This document shows, in pieces, positions 1-14,020 of a stretch of 64,000 nt of DNA (position 1 is the first letter of the stretch; each line of letters opens with the position of its first letter). This DNA is from Camelus ferus. Taxonomy: Eukaryota. Position numbers and translations under genes: made by a program. The stretch is taken from NCBI RefSeq assembly GCF_009834535.1, contig NC_045697.1, positions 75,270,001 through 75,334,000 on the forward strand, read 5' to 3'. The notes under the pieces are model-generated. The model saw only the letters and a list, made by a program, of their open reading frames with translations. It ran no database searches and was not told where the DNA came from.

Positions 1-1997
1 AAGACTGTAGCATGAGCAAGAGTTAACCAAGTAAAATGTGTCATGAGAAAAAGAAGCAGCATCCTGTGTTAGGCAAAGACAAGCACTCTTGTAAGTCATG
101 GACATGTAAGTCTTGTTAAGACAGTTAGATTTCTCTTAACCAGGAGGAACACCATCAGGTCTGCAATTGTGAAAGATCACTCCAGCCACAACGTGGAAGA
201 GCAAAGAGAGAGGCCAAAGTTCCCTTAATGTCTCAAGCACACAACAATATCTTAGACACACACACGCACACACACGCAAATTGAACATTCTCTACACTTC
301 AGGTTGTTTATTTAGTGTCAAATTAGACTTATACTTGTTTCCCAGTTTTAGGGTTTAATAGTCTAAGAAAGTTACGTCAAATAAAATTACGTTAATAGTA
401 GTAACAACATAGAAGGGTTTCCTAGACTTGATATTTTACTAAGCTGAAAATGAAAACTCTTGAAATTGTCAAGAGTTTTAGAAAGATGATGAATAAATCT
501 AATCAAAACTGGATTGTATAACAAAAATATCAATTCATTACTCTATGATCAGGAATATTTGATTATTTGTAATGTCTTTTCATAAAGTGCCAAATAACAG
601 AATTTTCTGTTTGCAATCTGAGAAATATATGGAAACAAACATGAACCTCAAGGATTATCAAAGTAGAACCAAGCATATGTTCTCAATGACTGAAATGCTT
701 TCATATACTTCATGTTTTTAATATAAAGGAATTATAGATTATCTATTAAAGGATTGGTTCAAGAGGTAGGATGTGTATCATCTTCGAGCATAGAAAAAAA
801 AATTCCTTAGTTTCAATGCTAAAAAATCATAACATGCCCTTTCTTGGCTAATGCTCATTTAGTCATGTGTTCAGGACTGAAGAATTCAAAATTAAATAAA
901 AATAGTGGAATTAAAAAGTAATGATGCAACTGAGGAAGGGCCTGGGCTAATCTCCACTGGGCAAGAATCAGAACCACTGAGAATCAGGACAACATTGTGG
1001 GTTTGGAAAGAGGTACCAGAGAATCCGAACTTGTTCTGTATTTATGAAATATTACTACAAACAAAAAGCTGAAAAAACCATGAAAGGGCTAGAAATCTGC
1101 ATCTGGGAGGGTAGAGGGGAAAAGATGAGTTCGTATTTTAAACATATGTATTAATTATTGCACACAGCAGGGTAGGAGTTTGCAGCTGGAAGGGGCAGAG
1201 CAAAGGAAAAAAGACATTTTATTTCGGAATAAATTTATGAAATCATGCTTCAACAAGGAAACTTGCAGCTGGGGGAGGGCAAAGGGACAGCAATATTTTT
1301 CAAGTAAGTCACTTAAATAAAATATGCAAGCCCTCACTTTGACAGCATTGGAAGGGACGTTCTTGAATCAGTATCAAAGTGGACTAAGGCATTTTGTTAT
1401 GCAAAAAACAGTTTTAGGCTCCTTGGCTAATGGAGATTTTTCTTTAAATGAGTACTTGCTAACCAGTTTCTAAATCTCTGTAATTCTGTGGGAATTCTTC
1501 TCGAATTACAGGGAATACGATTTTGGCCCCAAGTGACTGTTCCTCAATTCTTCAAGTTTGTACTTCAAAAGGATTTATTTTTCTCTAAGGATCCCAAAGC
1601 ATTTTGCCATCTGTGAAGCCTACCATCACTTAATGGCCTTAAATGAGCTATTTTTTAACACTGAAAAAACAAGGACAACAAAAAACTAAACAAAAAAGCC
1701 CTGTAGGTTTTATTCTTTCCATTTAAATGACCTGATTTACCTGTAAGTAGGCTGCTTTCCCACAAGGTAGGAAACCAGTAATGATATGACATCTATACTC
1801 CCGTGGGTGCCGTGGGTTAGATTATAGCCAAGAGTCTCAATCAAAGCCCCATCAACTAAAAACTATAAACTATCCAATGATTCTCTTTCAAAGTATAAGT
1901 TAACCCTGTATTAAGACACCTAAACATGAAAGTCATTAGGCAATAAAAATAGATAATAATTCTATTCTTATTTTTTAAATGGAAATCCTTTACTAAT

Positions 1998-2379
1998 TGT
2001 AAAGGGATGAATAAAATGGAGCCAGGAGGCCACTGGGGGAGCGAACCTACGCATGTCTCCACCCAGATGGAACGTGAACTTTGAGCTGAGCCACGATACC
2101 CTGAAAGCGCACTTACACGGCGGACTCTTGAATAATAGCACCCTTAGCCACCAATCAAGTATAGACCAAAGTGGTTCCCATCTGCCCGCACCAGTCATAA
2201 TTCTTGCAATACAACTCATGTGAGATTCCTCCTTTTCCTTTTAAAAACCCTTTGGTCTTCAGTCTCCTCAGAGTACATTTGGGTTTCTACCTGATTCTGT
2301 GTCTGCAGAACTGCAGGTCCTAAGACTGAAATAAGGGCTGTCATTGCCTCACAGCCACGGTCTTATTTTTTGGTTGACA
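1998..2379 (+). mobile_element. Solo LTR, ERV1-like
   Basis: TG...CA termini (tgtaaaggg ... ttttttggttgaca), CCAAT and TATA-like tttaaaaaccc motifs, and flanks taat/aaat as an imperfect 4-bp TSD. About 380 bp. Confidence 0.65.
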
Positions 2380-2454
2380 AAATACACATCAGTACTTTCA
2401 CACAATCTTTCACTGTTATCAATTTAAGCTAAACCCCATGTCTATTTTAAATAT

Positions 2455-2565
2455 CCTTCCTAAGAGAAGGCAGGGGCCTTTGTCTTTTTTCTATATTCCC
2501 AGTTCTAGGACAATACCTGTCACATAAAAGGTTCTCAATAAATATTGGTTAAGAGAATAAATGTG
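2455..2565 (+). mobile_element. L2 3' end fragment
   Basis: Degenerate L2 terminal motif cctgtcacataaaaggttctcaataaatattggttaa. Confidence 0.55.
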
Positions 2566-2735
2566 GGGCTCAACTTTAGTAACAGGTGTTAAGTCTCAGA
2601 ACGTAGAACGTTAAACTAAAGAGAACGGATCAACTTGCCTTTCTAGTTCCCCTGTTAAGTTCTAAACTTCCTGAAAGTTTTCTTTTCACTTTGTTCCTAA
2701 CCACCAGAAGAGAAAGACCAAGAATTTGCATGAGA

Positions 2736-3974
2736 AAGTTTTTCCTCAAACTTTCGAGTCTAAGGCCCAACCCTATTAGAGTCTTAAAAACTACTGAGGC
2801 CCCCCCCCAAAGCTTTTGTGTTTGTGGTATCTATCCATAATGACCATATTAGCAGTTTAAAAAATTTAAAATATAATATTTATTAGTTCTTTAAAAAGTA
2901 ACAACCTAACCCCATTATGTGCTTATGAAAAATAACTATATTTTTAAAAACAGAAGAAAATGTAGTGAGAAGCATAGAATTGTTTTACATTTTTGAAAAT
3001 ATCTTTAATGTCTGACTTAGAAGACAGCTGGATTCTCTTATCTGCTTTTGCACTTAATCTCTTGTGATATGTTGTTTTGACTGAAATAGATAAAGAAAAT
3101 CTAGCTTTACACAGATATGCAGTGTGAAAGGGAGGAGTATTTGAACAGCTTTTTCATATAATTGTGAACATTCTTCTTTGACTACTACACCAAAACTTGA
3201 CAGATCATAGTTTTTTAGAGGTTAGTTGCAATATGGAATCTGAAACCGTATCAACGAACTTTTTATACTTTATCCCATTAAAATCCTTTGGTCAACTTTG
3301 CACTGTGATTTTGCAGCCTCACTCATTACTCAGTTGGTTTGTAGAGTCATGCGGACCTTGAAAACTCAAATATTATGGCAACAAATACCACGAACTGTTT
3401 CCCTTGAACTAACAGGCTCACTGTGTTTATTTCTGACTGAGAAAATACTTGCTAAGTCTGAATAACTACAGCTTGTTTTTCAATCATTCTTTGAGGTTAG
3501 AAAAAAATGCTGTTCCTGAAAAAAAGCTAGTTCAACATATATTGCCGTAAGTGTTGCAGTCATATTATGAGATGCAGCAAAATTGCTTTATGAATACTTC
3601 GTTTCACCATGCAGAATATTTAGAAGTACTCAAAGGTCGAGATGTAATAAATTAATTAACTTTTACTGCTCCATCAAGGACATTCTAAGGGAAAAGTGGC
3701 ATACATAGATAGGTATGCATGTATGTATAATTTTATTATGAGTGTGTCGGTGAAGAATATAATGGCTACTAGCAGTTTGGTATCACTACCTTGATTCATG
3801 CTAAGGCACCAGCAATTTTACTTATCATTGGTTTTGCACCATCGATAACATGTCAACATAGTGAAAAAAAAGGCAAATAACATCTTAGTGTTATTATGAA
3901 GAGTTTTGTTTAGATTTCTTACAAGGGTACTGAACATACCCAAGAGTCCATAGACCAAACTTTAGGAACCACTG
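2736..3974 (-). mobile_element. Charlie1-family (Charlie1a-like) hAT DNA transposon remnant
   Basis: Diagnostic internal segment ctttaatgtctgacttagaagacagctggattctcttatctgc, and hAT-type ends (ctcaaacttt ... ccaaactttaggaaccactg). Confidence 0.8.
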
Positions 3975-4869
3975 GCATAAGGCAATTTTCCATGCCAATA
4001 AATTAGAAAAAGTAAATTTCTCTTTTGCTCTTAAAGAGTTACAGCACCCACCCCTATCATCTTTAGAACAGGAAGTTGCTAACCATTAACTATAACTTAC
4101 CATTTAAATAATAAAAATCATTTTAACCACACTCTCCAAATGTAACAAGCAAAATGCATCTAAAGCTGAACTGCTGAAATATCTCATATCCCATGTAAAT
4201 AATATTGCTGAAGGGAAAGTTTAAACACAGATTTTAAAGATATTTCAACCTGTTTTACTACAGTTTAAGAATTATCACCTACTTTACTTTACAAGAAAGG
4301 AGTTCAAGAAGCAAATAGACTTAATAAAGTTCCCAGTAGAACAATTCAGCAACAATTTTTTGCAAATGTGATTCACATAAATTAATCCTGTATTTATGTC
4401 AGCTTCAGTATTGAGATTTTAAAACTATTATTCTCTTCATTCATTATAAGCAATTTCATCCCGTCCAATCTCCTAGGATGTTACAATAATAAGATAGAGA
4501 CACGTTTTGCAGAAAGTGTTGCTTATTGAAGCCATGAACGCTTTTCTAAAAGAAAAAAAAAATGTTTCTAGATTAGGTAGGAATGTGTGAGAGTGGGAAA
4601 GAAGTTCATCAGTGGCTGGGGAAGAAACTCATAAAGCTTTATCTACATTCTCTAAGGTCTGCGTCCTACTTTCACTCAACTTTCCCTAATACTATTTATC
4701 ATACTGTCAACATATGATCTCTAAAAATTACTTTTAAAACGATAACACAGAAAATGTGCTCAGAGATACTTACCTCTCTCTCAACTCCATTCTGCAGATA
4801 TCACACCTGAGTTGATCCCCAAGTTAGACAAAGATTCTCAGCTCTTTCTTATGTATTACCTTTTAATAT

Positions 4870-6150
4870 TTTTTTATTTTTAAGTATCTTAAAATATATT
4901 TGAAACATGTAAAATATATTTAAATATTTTTGTCAAGTACAACTGTGAAACTGCCATCCAACCCATGAACTAGAATATCAATAACCTGCCTCTATTTAGT
5001 CTGCCTTCTGTATCCCAACCCTTTGACTCCCTCCAAAATTAACACTGGCCTCCATATTATTTATATTTTCTTTCTGGCACTAACCATTATATTTCAAAGC
5101 TTCATTTGTGCTCACTTCTAGCTATAGTTCATTTATTTATTGTCACTGCTCCATTACGCTCCATAGTACTAATCTACCATGGTTTCTATATATATTCATT
5201 TGTTGATGAACTAGGGTTGTTTCCTGTTTGTTTATACTATATGCTGCCATGCTGCTCTGGCCCTTTTTAAACATACCTTCTGGTGCATGTAAACAAACAT
5301 TTCTCTGCGTTATAGTCCAAGGAGTAGAATTGCTAGGTCATAGAATACAGGAATGTTCAGAATCACAAGGTATTGTCAAGTGGTTGTAGTGATTACACTC
5401 CCATGAGCAATGTATTAAAATTCCACATATTCTCTCGTATTCTCTTATACACTTGGTATTATCAAGCTCTTAATTTTTGATCATACAGTGTGTATAAAAT
5501 GGAAAGTTGATGTCTTAATTTGCTTTCTCTTTATCACTAATAAGACTGAGGCACTATTCAGATTTTTCTTGGCCATTTTATCACTCTTCTGTCAAATGCC
5601 TGTTCATGTATTTTTCCTATTTTTATAGGTTGTCTACTTCAGTTTTAATTTCTTGTTGATTCACAGGAATGTGTTGAATATTCTGGACACTAGTCCATAG
5701 CCATACAAGATTTGGCTTGGCTATATATAATACATACATCTCCCAGTTAGTGATCTGTTTTCTGCTTTCTTTATGGTGTCATAGGGTAGGCCAGTATCCT
5801 TACTTTTAATGTAGTCAAATTTATTATTTATTTTCCAGTTGGTACCTTGCTTGAAAAATCTTTTCTTTCCCAATATTTGAAAAATATTTATCATATATTC
5901 TTCTAAATGTTTTGCATTTTTTATTTTTGCATAAAAACACTAATCCATTTAGAATTGATTTTTGTATGCAGTAAGGTTGTGTTACAATATCCGTTTTTTC
6001 CATAAGGATACTCAATTTTTCCAGCATCAATTTTTCAATAGCCCATCCTTCTCTTAATGATCTACATTTCAATCTTTTTCTTAATTCTCTAGACTGTTTC
6101 ATTAGTTAATTTGTCAATATCACAGCATTAATCAATATAGCTTTGTATTT
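4870..6150 (-). mobile_element. Old L1 (L1M-type) ORF2 3' part and 3'UTR fragment
   Basis: Antisense L1 motifs (ggagtagaattgctaggtcatag, tccatttagaattgatttttgtat, caatttttccagcatc). The ORF at 5824..6102 is decayed ORF2-like sequence. Confidence 0.75.
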
Positions 6151-7029
6151 TTCATCTCTCTTGAGACACAAATACTAGTTCTTATAAATAGGGTTACAGA
6201 ATAACCTAAAGTTTTGCAAAATAAGATATTCTTAGTGGCTAAGATGAAATACAATTTTCCCTCAAATGTCCATGTACCAGTATGACGAATAAATCATATT
6301 GGTAATATGAGTGAATACTAAAAGAGAGAAACACTTATGATAAAAATTGAGACTATAATAAATGGTATAGTAACAATATCATGATACCTTCTGTGTGAAT
6401 TTGGAAGTCTGAGTTTAGGTAACTAAGTCATATCCCAATATGACTATTAGAGAACATATCAGCCAATCTAAGAAATCATTCTCCTTGTCTGCTTAGAATC
6501 CACTGCTAGCTGTATGTGTACCATAACATAGAGAAAAACAAAAAAAAATTTTTTTTTAGTTAAAAAAGAAGAATAACCAAAAAAGCAAATAAAAAAATGA
6601 GGAAGGTATCAAGAAAACACAGCTAATACATGATTTTGGTGTTGTCTAGTCACTAAAAAAATGATTGAGGAATCCAATCTAACAAACAACTTTTAGAATG
6701 TTTTTCAAAATGTTTTTCATTTGGATGGGGTAGGTTAATAAATGCTACTTGAGTAATTTTTCCTTCTCTGCCAATGGCAGACTTGATGACTGACTTGATT
6801 TTTAGGATACCAACTTTTTTTTAATGCTCTGAATGTATACAGATAAAACACCACCTAGACTATAAAATAAGTATGTTTCTCACAATTTGTGAAGGTGTTT
6901 TCTGAGGGAAGTCTACTCTGCCCTGTGTGTATCTTGTCCAGCCTAACTTAAATTCTTAAGTCATTTTTCTGTGAAGTACAGCTAACTCATACCTCTGAAG
7001 AGGTGTCTATTTTGATCTACAGCTATGCT

Positions 7030-7350
7030 TTGAAGATGGAGCTAAGAGGCTGTTCTGATGGGCTGAATGGGAGTGTAAGGGAAAGAGAGAAATCCAAGGC
7101 TTTTTGTTTGAGCAATTAGAAAAGCAGATTTACCATCAATGAGATGAGGAGGTCCAAGCCTGCAGCAGGTTTGGAAAAGGGAAGATGGTTTTGATATGAC
7201 CGGTATGAACTATCTACTAGCGGAAATGTTAGGTTGACATTTACTATTCTTATTATTCTGAAGTTTCAAGAAAGAGGTCTTGCTGAGAGATATAAACATG
7301 GGAGTCAATAGTATATAGTGGTATTTAAAGCCAATAGATCATTAAATCGC
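7030..7350 (-). mobile_element. L2 fragment
   Basis: Purine-rich antisense L2 pattern (gggaaagagagaaatccaagg ... ggagtcaatagtatatagtggtatttaaagcc). Confidence 0.65.
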
Positions 7351-10300
7351 AAAGGAAATGGTTATAAATGGCAAGGACTAAGCATTATACTGGTAACAGA
7401 CCAGTTCCCATGTTCAAGAAAAGATAAAATTCATTTGTCACGATTTATTCTAAGTAAACCTGTGTTGTTTCTTGGGTATATCTATTTTCCTAAGTACTTA
7501 ATTTTATAATCTGCTTTGTAATGTAGTCCACAATCAATATCAAACTCATAATTCTGTAGAAGAAATCTTCACTTTTTGAAAACCAGAATATCTCTTCCAT
7601 ATTATATTATGCCTTACAGACCCATGACAACAGTTGAATTATCTTAGGACAGTGGGATAAAAATCACTTCTGGGATAATAAACTTTTAGTTCGTTCTGGA
7701 GCTGAGTAATTATGTCTGTTTATCTAAAGGCATAGCCAATTTAGTTTGTAAGGCATACTTGAGTGAAGATGAATAGTTTTTAATAAATAAACATTATTTT
7801 CAAAATTTATGTTTTGTGAGAGAGAATCAGAGGCAGGGCAGTAACACAATCTACAGCTCTAAATTGTCATACCATCTACTTCTCTCATTATTTCCACTTC
7901 TGTTTTTCCTACTTAGACATGTTCATTATAAGCAGTTGTTAGAGGCAGCTGTTACTAAGATGGAAACGAATGGCAAAGTTCTTAAATACTGCTTTCTTAA
8001 AAAAAAAAAAAGCTTCAAAACATCTGGGTTCTGCACTGAGAAATATTTTTGGTGAGACTGAAATGATTATGTAAAAGATTATGCAGAAGGAACAGCAATT
8101 AATTTCTTCCTTGTTGCCTACATCTTAAAAATCTCCTTTTACTTTCACAGTAGTTTTGTCAAATGCTATGCGAAGTTTCATGAATCTGTCTAGTTTTGCT
8201 TATTTTTAAACCCTTGAAGACTACTTAACATTGGAATGTGATTGCTCAATATTTGCCCAATTATAGAAAACTACCCATTTTAGGTGCAATTTCTAGCTTT
8301 GTTTGTTTGTTTATTATGGTAGTATTTTCCTTCTCTGAGGAACTTTCCCACCCTTTTGAGATACACCTAAAATTCTAAGAGGTGAAGGGAGGCAATAGGA
8401 ATGACAAAACACAATATAAAAGAGGAAATCAAAACCAAAAAGTTGGCCCAGACTCCTAGAACAAACCCTGTACCCTGAGTCCCAGCTAAATATGAATTAG
8501 AAGGTTATGCTATCACCTTAGTCGGGGCTGTTATTGTTAGGCCAGAGTATCTGCTGTCACTGGAAAACAGCACAGCCAAGTCATACTTCCCAACGGAGGA
8601 AAATGTGGTGTCAGAATTTCGAGAAGGTCCAAATCAGGACACCTGTGTGCCAGAGAGGCCCAGCTGCACATGGGGGCTGGCCAGCGCAGCAGGACACCAT
8701 CTGCTCAGCACATGAGATGCCAGTTTCTTTGCTGAAGATGGGTTTGAAGGATGGGACTCTTTAAAGAGAAAGCTCACCACTCGGCTGGGACATCCTTAGC
8801 CTTTCTCACATTTTAAAATAAACAATTTTAGGAAGAGGGGATTAAAGGCTTATGTTGGGGAGATGACAAGCAGGGCATACTGCTAGCTCCAGAATTGCCT
8901 CAGAAGTTCGCTTTCAGATCGGCATTTGGCTTTTCATTCTGTTGACTGATGAAGTATGACCATAACTCTCAGAAAATTCCAGGTGTTAAGCATGTGCAAA
9001 TTCCAAAAATGCTCTGTGCTCCTGTCACTGGGTTTGCAACAATCAGACCAACTCTCTCCCCTCGTCCCTCTAAGACATAAAGATACTTTTGGCCCATTCC
9101 TTGTCTTCCTGATCTTTAATGAATATCTGGTCAGAGAAAACATGGACAACCCAGAATCTACAGAATTAGTGTTAACTGGCTTCCTTCCACCAACTAAAAC
9201 TGACATCTAGAAAAATAGAAACTAACACTACACTCACTTCTTTGCAATTTGAGGGGCTGAATTTCCCACAATCTGTCTTCAGGTCCCTATTTAGCAATGT
9301 TACCTTTTAGTACCATTCGTAATTATCAGATATTTAAAATGTTTATTTTTCTTTTAATGGATATTTATAATCTAATCCCCTTGAGGATTATGGCACTTTT
9401 CATTTCTTCTTCAGAGGTGAGAAAACAAGGACCTCAATAATGTTTCTAGAGTTCACAGGCACAGCTCTATAAAGTTGTTAAACTCCTAGAACAAAATTCC
9501 AATATAGGGAAATAATCTCATTCGCTTTCAGTAAAAAAAGAAAGAAAGAAAAAAAAAAAAAAACCTTGAGCGTTCTCCCCACTTAACTCATCAAGGCATA
9601 ACTCTTCTACATTAAAACGGTAATCAACTCTGAGTGTGAAGCAATGCATCCTGGGACCACAGACACCAAATGTTGAGCTTGCTTGCAGTATTTATGGTCG
9701 CTTTTCCTTCCTGCCTGACTGCCTGCCTCAAATATTTACTGAGTGCTCTGCACAAAACAGAAGCTATAGGGCACTGAGAAGCTCAAGTGAAATAAATTTC
9801 TTGGCTATATTAATTGCTCCATCTTCTAGAAGCAAGGGTCCATATATTGCTCAGCTATCCAACCACTGTGACATCCACAGTAATGCCAGCCATAGGATAT
9901 TGGTAGGAATGTGCTGGAGGGGTATAGTCATACCACATTTAATATCAGACTGCAGTATCCATGGATAGGCAATGATTATAATTTGGAGGTTGGCCTGTTT
10001 ATCCTGCTTAATTTTGTGCTTATGTCACAAGCAGCTGTCACTTATGTTCTTGCTTTCCTTTCCATGCATCTTAGCTGCAGAATATCACTCCTCCAAATCC
10101 TAATATTAATCTCGTTATGATGATTGCTGTTGGCTCTTTGGTGAAAGTGCAATTCTTAAATCTGCTAGCATCAATTTGAAATCAATAATTTGTCCAATGC
10201 TCTGGCCATTCTGCCTTGATTCCCTAAGATATTTTAAATAGTCCTTGAAAATTAAGAACATCTCGGTCCTACCAACACAGCACTCTCTCTGTCAGACTCT

Positions 10301-12607
10301 GACTTCCTCAGAGGTGGACTCTTAAAAACCAGAGTTACTGGTGAGGTTAGGCTACATTTTATTTTTTTTTTTACTGATGTCTACTAAGAACCAGAATTAG
10401 ATTTTTTTTTGGTCTTACTTAATTTTTCAAGTGACAAGCCATCAAATATTGTTGTTCTTTTGTGTTGAAAGCTTGTATTTTCTAACAAGAAAATTCACAG
10501 CACACACTCCAGTCCAATTTGTAATCAATCTCTGGGGTGGCTGTGGTACAAGACCTGCATGTTGGTCACTTGTGCTTTTAACAATGAGAACCAACAGAGA
10601 CTAAAATTTAGTTACAATGCGGTGCAGCTGGTGTGGCCAGGACACCATTGGAAATGTAATTTCAAGAAGATTTTTCTTGTTAAAAAGCCATTTCCTTCTG
10701 AAGAGTGTTGGGAAGATAGCAGTAGGGCAAATAGGCAAGTAAGGAAATTTACAAGGATTTTCAGAGCATTTGGAAGCACTGTACTAATTTTGAACAATTG
10801 CAAAAACATTTTTTACTGAGTTAAGCTGTTTAGCCTTTTCTCTGAAATTTTAATAGGATACGTTTGCATTAAAAAAAAATAACTTTTGCCAGATTTTTTT
10901 TTTCTGGCCTCAGTGCACGCATTTTTACTAACAAGTGGCACATGAAGTAACGTGTGTCACCAGACTGGACTCTAGGGAATTGCACTGGGTATGATTTGTT
11001 CCTGCCTCTTCTTTCAGGAAAGAGTGGGTTGGGGTGGGGAACATACTACTGGTTTGCACTCATTAACTGCTTCCTGAACATTATGAGTCTCCAAGAAATG
11101 GCAACCATATTACATAAATTCTAACCAGGTTCTCCTAAAAAAGAGGACATGATTATGAGCTATGTTATAGATTTTATTTTTAAGGCTATCGACCAAACTG
11201 AGGGTATCCCACCTTAAAGCAACCAACACTGAAGTATTTACAGTTATAACCACAATACTGATTCTATGATTCAGAATGTCTTCTGGAACTTTTTGGAAGG
11301 TTTTCAGAAAGTACATCATGGTTCTTTGAATGACATCCTCACCTTCTGTGTCGTATTGGGTTTAAGGAAACAATACAAAACCACTCAGAACCAAGTATTT
11401 TGAATGTGGTGTGTTCATCAATATGATTATATTGTTTATGGTCATAAAGTTATGGCCTAAAATAAATAAGCATGTAAACTGCTTTTGAAGTTAGTTTCCA
11501 AAGGAAGGACTAAAGAACAGTATCAAAGGCATGAGTTTTCTGCAGTGACTAATTTGGAAAAACAATGTTTGAGTGTGTTTGTTTAAAAAAATCTATGACT
11601 TCATTTTACTCTTGCACCTTTGCCACATTTCTTTCTTTGATATATTTCAGCACACATTTTGTTCCTCCGCCCCACCTGCAGTTAGATCTTGTCCACTTAA
11701 CACAACCCGCCACCAATCTGCTCTGAGTCCCTAGACTCCTACCCTCCTGCTAGTGCAACTTTGGTATTTCTTACCATGCTTCTAATTCCTTGTAAGTCTG
11801 CCTCTTCCCACGTATGTTTCCTTAGTGCTTCGCAAATGATAAAATTAGGATCAGACTTCCACAAGGGACAGTAAGACATTTACAAAGGGGGGAAAAAAAA
11901 CCCAAACCCCAAATTTAATTCCTTCCAAAATATTTGGAAAAGAAAAGGTAGACACTGCCTCTTTACAGTATCATCATGTCCAGCATGTCAGACTTTTCCT
12001 TGCCTGTTTATGAATATAATCTTCCAGGGCAGCCTAGCTGTCCATCTAGGGAACCAGAGAATAATGTGTGAAAAATGACTAAAGTAACTTGATTACATTT
12101 TCTGTTAATGAGAAAGGGTTTTTACACGGATTGATACCCAGCTTTGTTTTATTCATGCTTCACTTACAGCAGAAAGCAGATGTTCCCATTCTTAACATAA
12201 TTAGAGTTACGATAACTAAACAACTAAGAGTTACTGCTCATCCTTAAATCTTTATAAAAAGGAAAACTTCCCAAGTTGTTCAGCTCTCATAGTGTATTGA
12301 AAAGTAGAAAAGTAGAGGCCTGAACTGGACAATGTATGGGAGACTCCTTCAACCTTAAAATTCCAACTGGATTCCTCACGTACACTACACTTGTTTTTAC
12401 AGCTACTTATGCCAAGGACTGAGTGGAACATATGTGTCTAATAAATGTTTGTTGACTCTGATCATAGCACCGAACACACCTAAGAAGTAAGTAAGCAATT
12501 AGCAAGTTGCCTGGCTTACCGGAAGAATTTAATCACATCTGAATTCTGAAACATGCCAATAAAAAAGTCTGTAGCTGGATTCTCTGGCCTCCAGTTTATA
12601 GGAGGTG

Positions 12608-13080
12608 GCAGCATGGCATGATTAAATAGACAGGCTCAAGTAAGACTGCTTGGCTTTAAATCCCAGCTCTGCCACTCATCGGCTGTGTGGTCCCAGAGAC
12701 AAAGCAAGAGAAACAAGATAATTGATGACATTGTATGCCAAGCTGATAAGTTTAGACTTCATGCTCTAGAAACAGACATTTCTAGAAGAGGCTGATCAGA
12801 TTTTTACTTTAGAAAGCTCACTTTAGAAGGAGTGTAAAGGATGGTTTGGGGAAGCACAAAACTATCACAATATGTTCTGTTGAGAAATGATAGTGGTCTG
12901 AATCAAGGCAATGATAAATTGAGGTGACAATAGCACAACAAGAAAGATGAATATTAAAGAAGTAGAATCCTATAAATTGGAGAATAATTACTTAGGAGCA
13001 GGGGTAGCAAGCAGGAAGCTTGGCTGCTTTCTAGCTTGGACAAACGGTTGGGTGAGATTTCTGCACATGTAACATGAATG
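12608..13080. mobile_element. MIR 5' fragment followed by an antisense L2 fragment
   Basis: The motif aaatcccagctctgccactc is MIR-like. It is followed by L2-like gatcagatttttactttagaaagctcact. Confidence 0.5.
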
Positions 13081-13859
13081 ATTAGAGCTACTACATTGTT
13101 CACTAGGAAATGCCTACTTAGCAATACAATAATATGTTTTCAAAAGCTTTGAAAAATACCCACTTTCCTATTTGAAGAGTCTGTGGCAAATGTTCTTCAT
13201 CTGTCACAGTCCATGTGGTTTCACACACATACAACTGGACTTGACAATTGGCTATTTCCCTGAACTTTATCCATTGTGAACCTTGGAACCTGCAATGTGC
13301 CCAAAATATGACACTCAAATGTCATTTCAGAGCATTAAAAATAAACTTATTTCTATTATTGGATTCTTATTATGCTTTTCCAAGATGTTTTTTAAAATAC
13401 ACAAACAGTAACATATCTTCTAAATAATAGAATAAAAACGCATAGGGGTCTTGAATGTCACAGGCAGGATATTCTAATAACAGACTGTCTGTAGCCTGTA
13501 ATGATGATGATGATAATAACAACAATAATAATAATACCACTAAGTTTTAATCAGAAATGTGAAAGTATTACTACTGATACTGAAATTTTTGAAGAAATCC
13601 AAGAAAATCAAGACAAATAGGTAAAGAAAGGAAACAAAACGAAAAAACCACATTCCGCATTCAACCCTTCTTCCTATAAAAAAAAAAAAGGCAGTCTATC
13701 AAAACAGAAACTGACTTATGATTCCAGAATCATAAAATCCGACTAGGTTAACTCATTCTTTGCTCGATTCTGTCTAATTCAGATTTGTCTTTCATAAATT
13801 CAGAGTGGAAAGGTCTTAATTTTGTTTTTCATGAAACAGCCTCTAGTGATGTAAGTAAG

Positions 13860-14020
13860 CAATATTTTATACTTTACAAAGAGATAGGAAGAGACACTAT
13901 TGTTACACCTACCACTTTACTGATGAGAAAACTAAGCCTTAACAGTGTTAGATGATTTCTTCAAGGTCTCACATATTGAAAACAGGCTAACCAGGTCTTC
14001 TGAGTCTGTATCATATGCTA
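13860..14020 (-). mobile_element. MIR fragment
   Basis: ctttactgatgagaaaactaagcctt ... ttctcaaggtctcaca is the reverse MIR core. Confidence 0.6.
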
